Shown: positions 26,070 through 35,234 of the stretch, one piece after another | Layout of the letters: every line of letters starts with the position of its first letter | Position numbering within the stretch: position 1 is the first letter of the stretch | Assembly (NCBI GenBank): GCA_030704615.1 | Contig: CM060733.1 | Location: forward strand, 67,518,001-67,582,000 | DNA: 64,000 bases | Source of the DNA: Takakia lepidozioides | Taxonomy: Eukaryota > Plantae > Bryophyta | Direction: 5' to 3' | The notes under the pieces: generated by a model | Told to the model about the DNA's origin: nothing | Database searches by the model: none | Seen by the model: the letters and a program-made list of their open reading frames with translations, nothing else | Position numbers and translations under genes: made by a program

Positions 26070-26782
26070 GAAATGGGACCGCATTTCCAAAATTTTGGCA
26101 ACTCTAAAAAACCTCTTTTGGAAATGCGGCACCGCATTTCCAAAACAGGGGAGGGACTAAATTTTCCATTTCAATGTTGGCATAGTAAAAAGTAATCGGC
26201 CGATTGGAAATGCGGTGCCGCATTTCCAAAATTTCCTTTGTCCACACGCCAGTTTTGGCCTCTCCCGCTCATTGCATGGATGCCACCACGCTTACAGAGG
26301 TCGAACAAGGAGGTCGAACGGAGAGATGGCGGAATTGAAATGCGGTGCCGCATTTCCATATTGGGGATGGTGGTCGTTGTTCGAACTGCAGGCCCATCAG
26401 CAAAAATTGGCACCATTCCATTGTAAAAAAAAGTCGATGACGGACATGGAAATGCGGCGCCGCATTTCCAGAACGGACATCGCAATTTGTCCATTTGCAG
26501 ACCCTCTCACGGAAATGCGGTAACGCATTCCATCGCGCTGGTCGGAAATGTCACACTTTTCGAAGTGTTGGACGGAAATGCGGCACCGCATTCCCTTGTC
26601 CAAAAAGAAGTTTCCATTGCCAAGCTGGAAATGCGTCGCCGCATTTGCAATGCCAACCTCGTTGTTGTCCAATTTTATAGACCCGTGTTGGTATTTCGTG
26701 TACCTGGACGGAAAATGATGCACCGCATTTTGTCCGACACTGAAATGCGGTTCATACATTTCCATGTTCGTGCCGCATTTCA
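26070..26782. repeat. Second cluster of ~10 GGAAATGCGGNNCCGCATTTCC palindromes, irregularly spaced
   Basis: Copies near 26070, 26120, 26206, 26337, 26448, 26511, 26574, 26627, 26710 and 26742. Confidence 0.9.
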
Positions 26783-27034
26783 TGCCGACATGGTTACTCT
26801 GGTATATTCTTGACACATGACTCTCATACCGGTTACTCTGGTATATTCATCCGGACAGACACATTGTAGAAATGAGACATCAAATTGTAAACAGTGGGCC
26901 AATTCCGACAGTTATTCAACAGAATGAAACACAATCATACAGAAGTGAGGTACGATGGGTTTATTGATCGGACACGATGTCTCACATTTACCAACTGCAG
27001 ACAAAACTAAGCCCTTCCTCCTTCTACATGGGCT

Positions 27035-27613
27035 TCACCAAGTCGACGGAACTTCGATACCCCTCAAAACAAGCTCATCACTGCTGCGGCACCTCGAGGT
27101 AAACTGCAATTCGGTCGTTCTGCTGCCCTTGCTGGAGCCGACGACAATGTCATGTCCATCAATGATACCACCATCATACATTGACAAGGTCACTGTGGGC
27201 CTCATGTGCCCGTGCGATTCGTCTTCGCAACTCAGCCGAATGTCTCCATACACTGGAAGAGCGGAGTGATCTGCACGTATATAGTTTTCCCCGGTGCCGT
27301 CCTCCCTGGTCCACTGGCAGCAGTTCCAGCGCCAAAGCGAGGCCGTGCGTGATCTGTCCGGCATCCCTTTCCAGCTTGGTATATCGAGGTCAACAATTTT
27401 CAGGACCCACGGACCGCATTGACCCTCGCCCTCACCTCGCTCAAAGCGGTAATAGCCCTCCAGATACTCCATTGCGCGCAAAGACTCTTGCTTGATTCCA
27501 GCAGCGTCTGTGAAAACAGAGAGCCAGACAATGATGTCTCCTGATTCTGGTTTGAACATAGCATAATCGTGGCCATGATAAGGGCAGTCGGCTGGATTTC
27601 GGCGGCACGGCAT
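27035..27613 (-). CDS. Unknown 192-aa protein, paralog A
   Basis: Intact ORF that aligns end to end with the 28146-28708 product (MPC.RN..DCP..G.DYAM....SGDI..W; RWNCC.WT; P.YGDIR; DGG.I.G.DIVV; ELVLR..EVP). Confidence 0.8.
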   Translation of the reverse strand: MPCRRNPADCPYHGHDYAMFKPESGDIIVWLSVFTDAAGIKQESLRAMEYLEGYYRFERGEGEGQCGPWVLKIVDLDIPSWKGMPDRSRTASLWRWNCCQWTREDGTGENYIRADHSALPVYGDIRLSCEDESHGHMRPTVTLSMYDGGIIDGHDIVVGSSKGSRTTELQFTSRCRSSDELVLRGIEVPSTW

Positions 27614-28145
27614 CCTTGAAAAAGTAGCGGAGTACGCTCAATGACAGCAGCTCCCGGATGGAGGAGGAGCAGCGCGGGTGGCTGGAAAAAAAGTTCAAGC
27701 TAACGCTGCAATTCCTCACAAACACTCCAGGGCACATTTAAATTTCCCCCCTACAGGATCCTGGACCGATGAAGATTGGCTGCTGCATGAATGTAGCCGT
27801 TTCAGTTTCCTACCCTGCCATGCAAACTATGGGCAGTCACTGCCAGGTGGGCCGATAGCCACTGGACACGACGAAGTCCATCCCCTCTTCGATGTAAATG
27901 CGGCGCCGAATTTCCATCCGGGGGGATGGACTTCGGTGGCAGATCTCAAACTATAACTTGTTGATGAGAAAGATGTATGGGTTCATCCACCTCCGTCGGT
28001 GGGTACGTGGGACCCAGATGCTCCATTATTGGAGGCCGGACTGCTCTTCCGCTTCGCATCATTTCCAAAATCTAAGGGCTTCGTAGCTGTCCGCAAGGTC
28101 ATTGTCATCGGCATCCAAGTCGTCCTCAGGTCCTCCTTTGCAAGG

Positions 28146-28708
28146 ATGCCGTGCTTCCGGAACCGGGACGACTGCCCATTTGGAGGCATCGATTATGCAA
28201 TGTATTCGGCCACATCGGGAGACATTGTTATCTGGTACACAGATTACACAGAAGATACTGGTTCGATTGTGGAAACATTGGTGGCTTTTGAGTATATCCA
28301 GGCCACTACGCCTTCGAGCGGGGTGACGATCTTGGTCTGAGGAGTCCGTGGCTCCTGCGCATCCTCGATTCCGATTTTCCCAGCTACGACGGTCACCCAT
28401 GCAGAAGAAGGCGCACTGCTATGCTGTTGCGGTGGAACTGCTGCCACTGGACGTGGGTGGACTCCATCGGAGAGACCTATTCTCCTGAAGGAGTGCGCTC
28501 CTCTTCTCCATTGTATGGGGACATTCGCATTGGTGTGGACGACGAAAACGTGAAGATTTCCATATTCGATGGTGGTATGATTGAAGGGCAGGACATTGTG
28601 GTGAACATCACTAGGGGCGGTACAACGGCTGCAATCGACTTTACATGGAGGAGCCCCATGACTCATGAGCTAGTTCTGAGAGCAGTCGAAGTCCCATTGA
28701 CAACGTGA
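28146..28708 (+). CDS. Unknown ~187-aa protein, paralog B (single 1-bp frameshift near 28301)
   Basis: MPCFRNRDDCPFGGIDYAMYSATSGDIVIWY...EYIQ/GHYAFERGDDLGLRSPWLLRILD...MLLRWNCCHWTW...ELVLRAVEVPLTT; homologous to paralog A. Confidence 0.78.
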
Positions 28709-29074
28709 CTTGTATTCAGTAGGCACAGGGCTAAAGATTTGATTGCACAATCAGCACAGTAGACGTGCTTCAAATGCAATTCATGTGGATCAATAAAAAC
28801 CTCATTGTGCCCTCTTTTTATTCTATTCTGTGTCCATCGTTCCGAGAATGCGTCATTGCTCATTTCGTTTGGGATTGGGAGTGTGGGTGGATTTTGCAAG
28901 TGGCTGCTCTTCCACAATTATTTAGTTACCACCTTCCATTCACTTTACATTGCCTTTCAATATATAATTCTAAATAACATTGCCGAACCTCCTTCACCGG
29001 GAGGTCCTTCTCCCCCTATGACCGTGGCACCCTAAACCCTATTCCCGCGGACACTCATTTCCGGAAAATAGTGC

Positions 29075-29157
29075 TGCTCATGTTTTTTTCCACACTTACG
29101 ACTCTGCTCATGGCTCATGCCGCTCATGGCTCATGGCTCATGAAATAGCAGCCCCCC
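29075..29157 (-). repeat. Subterminal GCTCATG repeats plus right TIR
   Basis: gctcatg repeated about 6 times, the inverse of the left-end motif. Confidence 0.85.
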
Positions 29158-29219
29158 TATGCAGCGCCACCGCAAACACACTCATATCACTCTAGATACT
29201 CCTTTTCGATAGTTCCAAT

Positions 29220-30041
29220 TCAGAAGATGACTTTCTTTTCCCTTTTTTTTGTTTTGTTCTTTCCATCAAATGCTTGCAACCCCTCTCCACGAGATGATTC
29301 TCCATCTTGAAACAACGATCGATCAACTCCTTGAATGAATCCTGCTACCATAGGCTCATTAACATTGACTACAATTCTGTACTTCGGACACCATTCCACT
29401 AGAACCCCAAGCTCCGAAACAAATAGGATTAACATGCGAGCAATGTTGAGTCTGAAACATACGGTAAGAATTGTAGCACTCTTGGTATGAGAAAAATTTC
29501 CCTGATATTTTCGGCCAATTATGTGGAAGAGTCTTAAGCCCTTCTTTCTCCATACTTCCCTCCTTATGCAATGATAATATGCTAAACTTGCTTGAACTTG
29601 CTCTCTCCTTACAATTTTGTCAGAATCTTCTTCAGTAATGATATGTCGATATCCTCTCCTCAACCACGTTAAAACTTCCCAATTTGGATATGGTTTCATC
29701 TGATCTGTAAAACAACGTTCATAAGACCCTACAAACTTTAGTGTTTCCCAATCGTGAGGAACACTGACAGCTCCCTTCTCCTTTCTTTTCTTCCATTTAA
29801 TTGTGGCCTCCACTTCCGGGTTCTTTAGTATCAAATGTTCTTCCCATCCTTGCACAAACACTTCATTCCAACACTTGGTCTTACACCATCGTCCCAATTG
29901 TTCCAATGCTCCTTCACCAATCAAAACATAGGCCAACCCATGCAAGTCAACCAATCCTCGTCTCTTACATCTCCCATAACCTTGTATCACCATTGTCTGT
30001 AAACGATTGGTGTGGACAGCGGCAACATACAATTCCTTCAA
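29220..30041 (-). CDS. Unidentified 273-aa ORF, possibly an accessory ORF of a transposon
   Basis: Long open frame in AT-rich transposon context; no motif recognised. Confidence 0.3.
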   Translation of the reverse strand: MKELYVAAVHTNRLQTMVIQGYGRCKRRGLVDLHGLAYVLIGEGALEQLGRWCKTKCWNEVFVQGWEEHLILKNPEVEATIKWKKRKEKGAVSVPHDWETLKFVGSYERCFTDQMKPYPNWEVLTWLRRGYRHIITEEDSDKIVRREQVQASLAYYHCIRREVWRKKGLRLFHIIGRKYQGNFSHTKSATILTVCFRLNIARMLILFVSELGVLVEWCPKYRIVVNVNEPMVAGFIQGVDRSLFQDGESSRGEGLQAFDGKNKTKKREKKVIF

Positions 30042-30539
30042 CTGATCTTGCCACGTCTTGAAAGACTCGTCAATTTGGGGATTACCATTGCTTCAATCAA
30101 CTATTGCATGGCCATCGGTCTTTTCCAACCCCGGTCCTTATGCGTGGCCCTAGCTTGCACATGCAACAATGCTTCTAATTCCTGGTAATACAAGAAACAT
30201 CATGTGGCCAAATCTCCAACGCATGTCAGCACCATTGAAGGATACTCCACCGTCACATCCCCCCTCACAAACATCTCTACAAGTAGGTTCTGTTGGCCCA
30301 AGAATCGACATTTATCCCATACTCAAGCAAAGTCCACCGATTCTCCCATGATTTTTGGTCCCAATATAGCTCTTATGAGTGTCTTATCCACCTCATACCC
30401 TTGACTCAACGAATAAGTGGCAACCATGCTGGATTTGAACTTTATTATCCTCTCAGCCATGCAAAACTCTGCTTTACTTTGCCATTGTCCATATGATTCT
30501 TGTACCCGGGAGTTCTTCTCCTTGCACCTAGCTATTTCT

Positions 30540-31138
30540 TCCTAAGCAAGCCTCAAATTCCTGACATTTGGCGAGTGAAGGTGGGAACCTCACTCTCCAA
30601 ACAGGAGGTTGACATGTTGGAAGATGCTGGTTTTCGGCTTCCAAGAGACCCAACTGTCGTAACACCCATTTCTACGCGGGGTTTGCCTTCAGCATTTCCA
30701 CCGCGCCCTGCACATGGCAACGATTGGCCTACGAAAAGAAATGGCAAACCGGTCCGGCGGGTGGAGGCAGGTGCGGAACATGAGTGCAAAATAAAGTCTG
30801 CCAGAACCCTGCAGTGTCGAGTTAATCGAATTGTCAATGTCCCCCCTTCGGGCTATGGGCAAATGTACAGTGGATCTGTTGTTCATGACAGGATGTATGA
30901 GGTTACTGTAGGGAATTTCCCAAATTGCACTTGCCCGGACTTCCAGAACACGCTGACAAGCTCTATTGGAAAGAGAGGCAAATTTGTCCAGTGCAAACAT
31001 CTCTACTACATCTACATTCAAAGGATGTTCTGCGATCCTAAACGAGATTGGTGCATTCATCAATTGACATTGGGTCCCAGTCAGGTTCACACACTTCTGC
31101 AGCGAGATAGGTTGGGGGGTGGGTGGGGGGGGGTGTGA
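30540..31138 (+). pseudogene. C-terminal SWIM fragment of a related but divergent MULE-like transposase
   Basis: W.VKVGTSLSKQEVDMLEDAGFR...YEVTVGNFPNCTCPDF...CKHLYYIY...IHQLTL...VHTLL is collinear with the end of ORF 14917..15981. Confidence 0.8.
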
Positions 31139-31287
31139 GCAGAAGTAGGGTTTGAGGTGTTTACGAGGATGTGCAAGGCGGTTGCAATGTTCGTATGTCC
31201 CAACATTAATAAGACACTCCTAAGCTTTATGCGACCCACAATACCTCGGTGAAGTATGGGTTGCAGTTATGCTGGTTAATGTGTACA

Positions 31288-31825
31288 CGTTCTTGAATGA
31301 GATCAATCTTTATTGCAAACTGCACTTTCGTGTCTGAAATGAATTTGTCTTCATGGCTGCACTTTCTTGAATGAGATCAATCATGTCATTAGCTAAACTT
31401 TCTTGAATGAGATCAATCATTGTCATTAGCTAAAGTATGACGTCTCCGAAGGGAGCGTAACTTATGGTGTCTCTTCACCACAAAGGGCTATTGCCTTCTA
31501 GCTGAAAGGTGGACACCTTCATGACACACCAGACCGTGGTTTGAACCCACAACCACATCCAACGTGGAATGTGCCCATTACCACTGGGCTATATGCTGGT
31601 TGTCTTGTCATTAGCTAAACTTTCTTGAATGAGATCAATCATTGTCATTAGCTAAACTTTTTTTAATGAGATCAATAATTGTCATTAGCTAAACTTTCTT
31701 AAATGAGATCAATCATTCTTTATGGCTCCATTTTCGTGAATGAGATCAATCTTTGTGAATAGGTGCACTTTCTTGAATGAGATCAAACATTCTAAATAGT
31801 TCCACTTTCTTGAATGAGATCAATC
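31288..31825 (+). repeat. Tandem array of TTTCTTGAATGAGATCAATC units (~9 copies), interrupted by a SINE-like insert
   Basis: The motif recurs at roughly 35-70-bp spacing. Confidence 0.8.
31435..31604 (-). mobile_element. tRNA-derived SINE-like element
   Basis: Minus strand has A-box TAGCCCAGTGG and B-box GGGTTCAAACC. Flanked by TTGTCATTAGCTAAA on both sides. A related copy lies at ~35115-35234. Confidence 0.55.
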
Positions 31826-31859
31826 TTTCTCTTCTTTTTATGAAGCTTTTCGGTTGACT

Positions 31860-32185
31860 CGTCATGTTCCATTCGGGGGTGGGAATTAAGGCATCGTTGA
31901 TGCCACCTTAATTCCGATGGTGTTTCTCTCTATGAACAAGTGACTTATCCCGGGATTTTGTTTTATTTTTATTTTTATTTTGTGGTTCTTGGGTTGGATT
32001 GTCATGTTCCATTCGGGGGTGGGAATTAAGGCATCGTTGACGCCACCTTAATGCCGACCCTGTTACCCTCTACGAACAAAGCTCCTCGCAAACGTTTTCA
32101 TTTATTTTTCTCATACATTTATGGTTTTTGGGGTGAATTGTCATGTTCCTTGTGAGGGTTGCGGTCAACGCCACCTTAATGCCCA
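31860..32185. repeat. ~140-bp repeat (3 copies) containing the hairpin GGAATTAAGGCATCGTTGATGCCACCTTAATTCC
   Basis: GTCATGTTCC recurs at ~31861, 32001 and 32140. Confidence 0.7.
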
Positions 32186-32639
32186 GCCTCAGTGGTAGAA
32201 CATGGCTGTTCGCCTAAGTTTTGTTTTAATTTTAAATGTTTCAATTGGTTTTTGGGTTTAATTCCTATGTGCCGTTTGAATTAGGGTTACCTTTGTGGGT
32301 TTGTGGCTTCCGTTTATGCTTTGGGGTTTGGGGTTTATCATTGCGGGCCGGGGTTTTCCGCTTATGGTTTACCTTGGGGTTTTGAAATTTGGGTTGTGGG
32401 ATGTCTGTTTTTAGTTACGGTTCGCCAGTGTTTCCCCGGGTATAGATTTTGCCGTCAATGTCGTGTTTGCTGTACAATGAATATTACTTCAGTCCATGCA
32501 TGCTCCATTCTTCAGGGCTGACGTTCATCCCACATTCATCCATCATTCATCCATCAACTTTTTCCATTCATCCATGCTTCTTTCATCCATCCATTTTTCA
32601 TCCCATATTCATCCCACATTGCATGCATGGAGCACCAAA

Positions 32640-33483
32640 CTTCTTTGAAGAGACAAAGCAGATGGTCCTAAAATACAAAGAGTATTTGCTTGGAGCTATG
32701 AAGACCTACAAGGAATACCAAGCATAAGATAGAACTAGAACCTGATGCAGTACCTATAAAGCAGGCCAGATACAGGTTGAATCCCAATTATGCACAGAAA
32801 GTTGGAGAGAAAATAAAGAAGTTAGCTGATGCTAAATTCATATACCTGTGGAATACACTACATGGTTATCACCCATAGTGATAGTAACTAAAAAGAATGG
32901 CAAACTCAGGGTATGTGTGGATTACAAGAAGCTGAATGCTTGTACCAAGAAAATTTTCCACTACCCTTCACAGAAGTTGTACTAGATGCAGTTGCAGGAC
33001 ATGATATGTATTCCTTCATGGATGGATTCAGTGGATATAACCAGGTACAGGTAGCAGAGGAAGACCAAGGAAAGACAGCTTTCATAATAGATTGGGGAGC
33101 TTATGCATAGCCATTTGGTCTATGTAATGCCCCTGCTACATTCCAAAGAGTGGTAACAGAATCCTTCCAAGAATATCTGGACGACTTCATGCAAGTATTC
33201 CTGGATGACTTCAGTGTGTACAGTTTTACAAATGAACATTTGCAAAAACTGGAGTTGTGTTTGGCCAGATGCAAGTTAAGCCTGGAAATAAGCCTTAACC
33301 CTGAAAAATGTGCCTTTTGTCTGAACTCGGGAGTACTACTGGGGCACATTGTGTGCAAGAAATGGTTACTGGTAGACCGCAAGGAAAGTAAGGGTTATTG
33401 AAGCAGCCCCAGCACCAAATACTACCAAACAACTAAAAAGGTTTCTAGGTCAGACCGGTTACCTCAGGAGATACATAAAGCAT
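32640..33483 (+). mobile_element. Ty3/gypsy reverse transcriptase remnant
   Basis: WLSPIVIV.KKNGKLRVCVDYKKLN, FPLPF, FMDGFSGYNQV, PFGLCNAPATFQR, VFLDDF, LGHIV and FLGQTGY, with frameshifts. Confidence 0.9.
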
Positions 33484-33659
33484 GAGGGTAGCTACCGTGT
33501 GAGCAGATCACGCACACTAATTGTGAGCAGATTCCCTTAAGCGTGAGCAGATTTTAAGCGTGAGCAGATTAGGGAAGCGGAGCCTACAGCCGAGGTAATA
33601 CAGGGCCTATTGTCGTGGACGCAAACTGTTCTGAATGGAAATTCACGTAGGCGCCCAGG

Positions 33660-35100
33660 GACCAAATATGTCGTCCATGACTGGGGGAGTCACATGTTAA
33701 CCATACACCAAGGAAAGGAGAAAATACAGGTAAACACTAAGAGCATCCAGAAGACCCAGGAAATTGTGGAATATGATTGGATTGAAGGTTTAAGTGATGA
33801 ACAAGAAGCCACATTGTATGCCGCATGTCCAGAATTGCATCCCATAGGGGCAGTTCAGGCAGAAGAAATAGAGAAATTAAAAATACTGGATGGGACCATT
33901 GAAAAAGGACCAGAGAAAGAAGAAAGGAACAGTTTATATCCTCCTAGACTTTATGCTGAAAGAGAAGAAGATATTAATGTGCTGGAAGAAACCGCAACAG
34001 AAAGTTTAAAGGAGAAGTAGTAACAGGTTGGACAGTTACTGAGGAGGAACAACTCATGGATCTTAATTTGGGAACAGCTGAGAAACCAAAAATGATCAAG
34101 ATAAGTACAGGACTTTAGCTTGTTTCAGCCAGGGTCTGCCTAGTAACAGAGAGTATGCTTCCAACACATCCTTAATTCTGAGTACTTAATCTTAAATTTT
34201 TGATTTGGATCTTAACTCCTCTTATCATACCTAGTGGCTGTACACTTCTTTGGTCAGCTGTTCTCATTGTGAATGGTGCTAGTTCCATGTGTTTGAGGCC
34301 CAATCTTTTCTGCAATTGACTGGTCATAATGTTTACTCCTGAGCCTCTTTGATGAAGCCATGCCTGTGATCCAAGTTAAACTTGGAAAAGCGGTATTAGA
34401 TGATGTTCACTTATTTCCTATTATTCAGGAGTGACCCGATATGCCATGGTTTCTTGCCTTCAGTATGTAATCCGCGGGAATAGGGGGGTTTTCCCATTTG
34501 TGAGCCTATGCTCACGAATACAAGCTTATAGCTCTCAAGGAAACAATGGACTAGAACACATAGATCCAAAAAGGGATCAGGGACGTGGACCTGATGGAGA
34601 AGAAGTTTGCTTCTATTGTAAGCAACCAGGGCATAAGAAGCTTGCTTGTGCTCTATGGATTAAGCATCAAGCAGAAATGAGAAACCTTGTGGCACGAGTA
34701 GCTAATGTTGCAGTGACTCAACATAGTAAAGCTATGTTTAATACCTGAGGTGGAAGTAGGGCCAAGGAAATAATTCCAGAAGAAGAAGAATTTGAGGAGG
34801 AGGAAGATGACACCATTCCAATGAATGATGAATCCTGGGATGAAGAAAGAAAATTACATAAGTAACATAATCCATAAGACAAATGCAGAAGGACACAGAT
34901 ATTCCCAAAGCAAGAATTAGAATCAGATGAAGAAGATCAGGAAATAACACCACCTACATTGGCTATGGAAGAGGAAATGGCCACGATCATTTGCAAGGCT
35001 AAAGCAGAAGTCACAATTGGACAATTGCTGGCAATTGCACCACATTGTAGGTAGAGGGTATACCAAGCAATCAATCAGCATATTTCACCTGCAGGAGCAT
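33660..35100 (+). mobile_element. Scrambled Ty3/gypsy gag-pol debris including a CCHC knuckle
   Basis: CFYCKQPGHKKLAC near 34608; LNLGTAEKPKMIKIS (protease-RT linker type) near 34060. Confidence 0.6.
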
Positions 35101-35114
35101 CTAGGCTCATAGAA

Positions 35115-35234
35115 TAGCATTCCTATTCCGGCAGGAATGTGGACACTTTAGGACACCAATCGGTGTGGATTGAAACCACAACCACTTTTGAGGTGGTATG
35201 TGTCCATTATCACTTGGCTACAACTTAGTTGTCT
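35115..35234 (-). mobile_element. Second, more decayed tRNA-derived SINE-like copy
   Basis: Similar to 31505-31604 (GTGGACAC..., CCACAACCAC..., CAC.TGGCTA...GTTGTC). Confidence 0.45.

Larger units (their letters stand above)
14072..29157. mobile_element. 15.1-kb MULE-like DNA transposon with cargo genes
   Basis: Left end GGAGGTTTACTATTTCATGAGC (14072-14093) versus reverse complement of right end GGGGGGCTGCTATTTCATGAGC (29136-29157). TATGCA flanks both ends (14066-14071, 29158-29163). Internal DDE transposase. Confidence 0.9.

Noticed and set aside
14072-29157. Polinton/Maverick (15 kb, 6-bp TSD) or bacterial parABS contamination
   Set aside because: No protein-primed polymerase, retroviral integrase, capsid or ParA Walker-A gene was seen; the cargo gene has spliceosomal introns and the transposase is MULE-like
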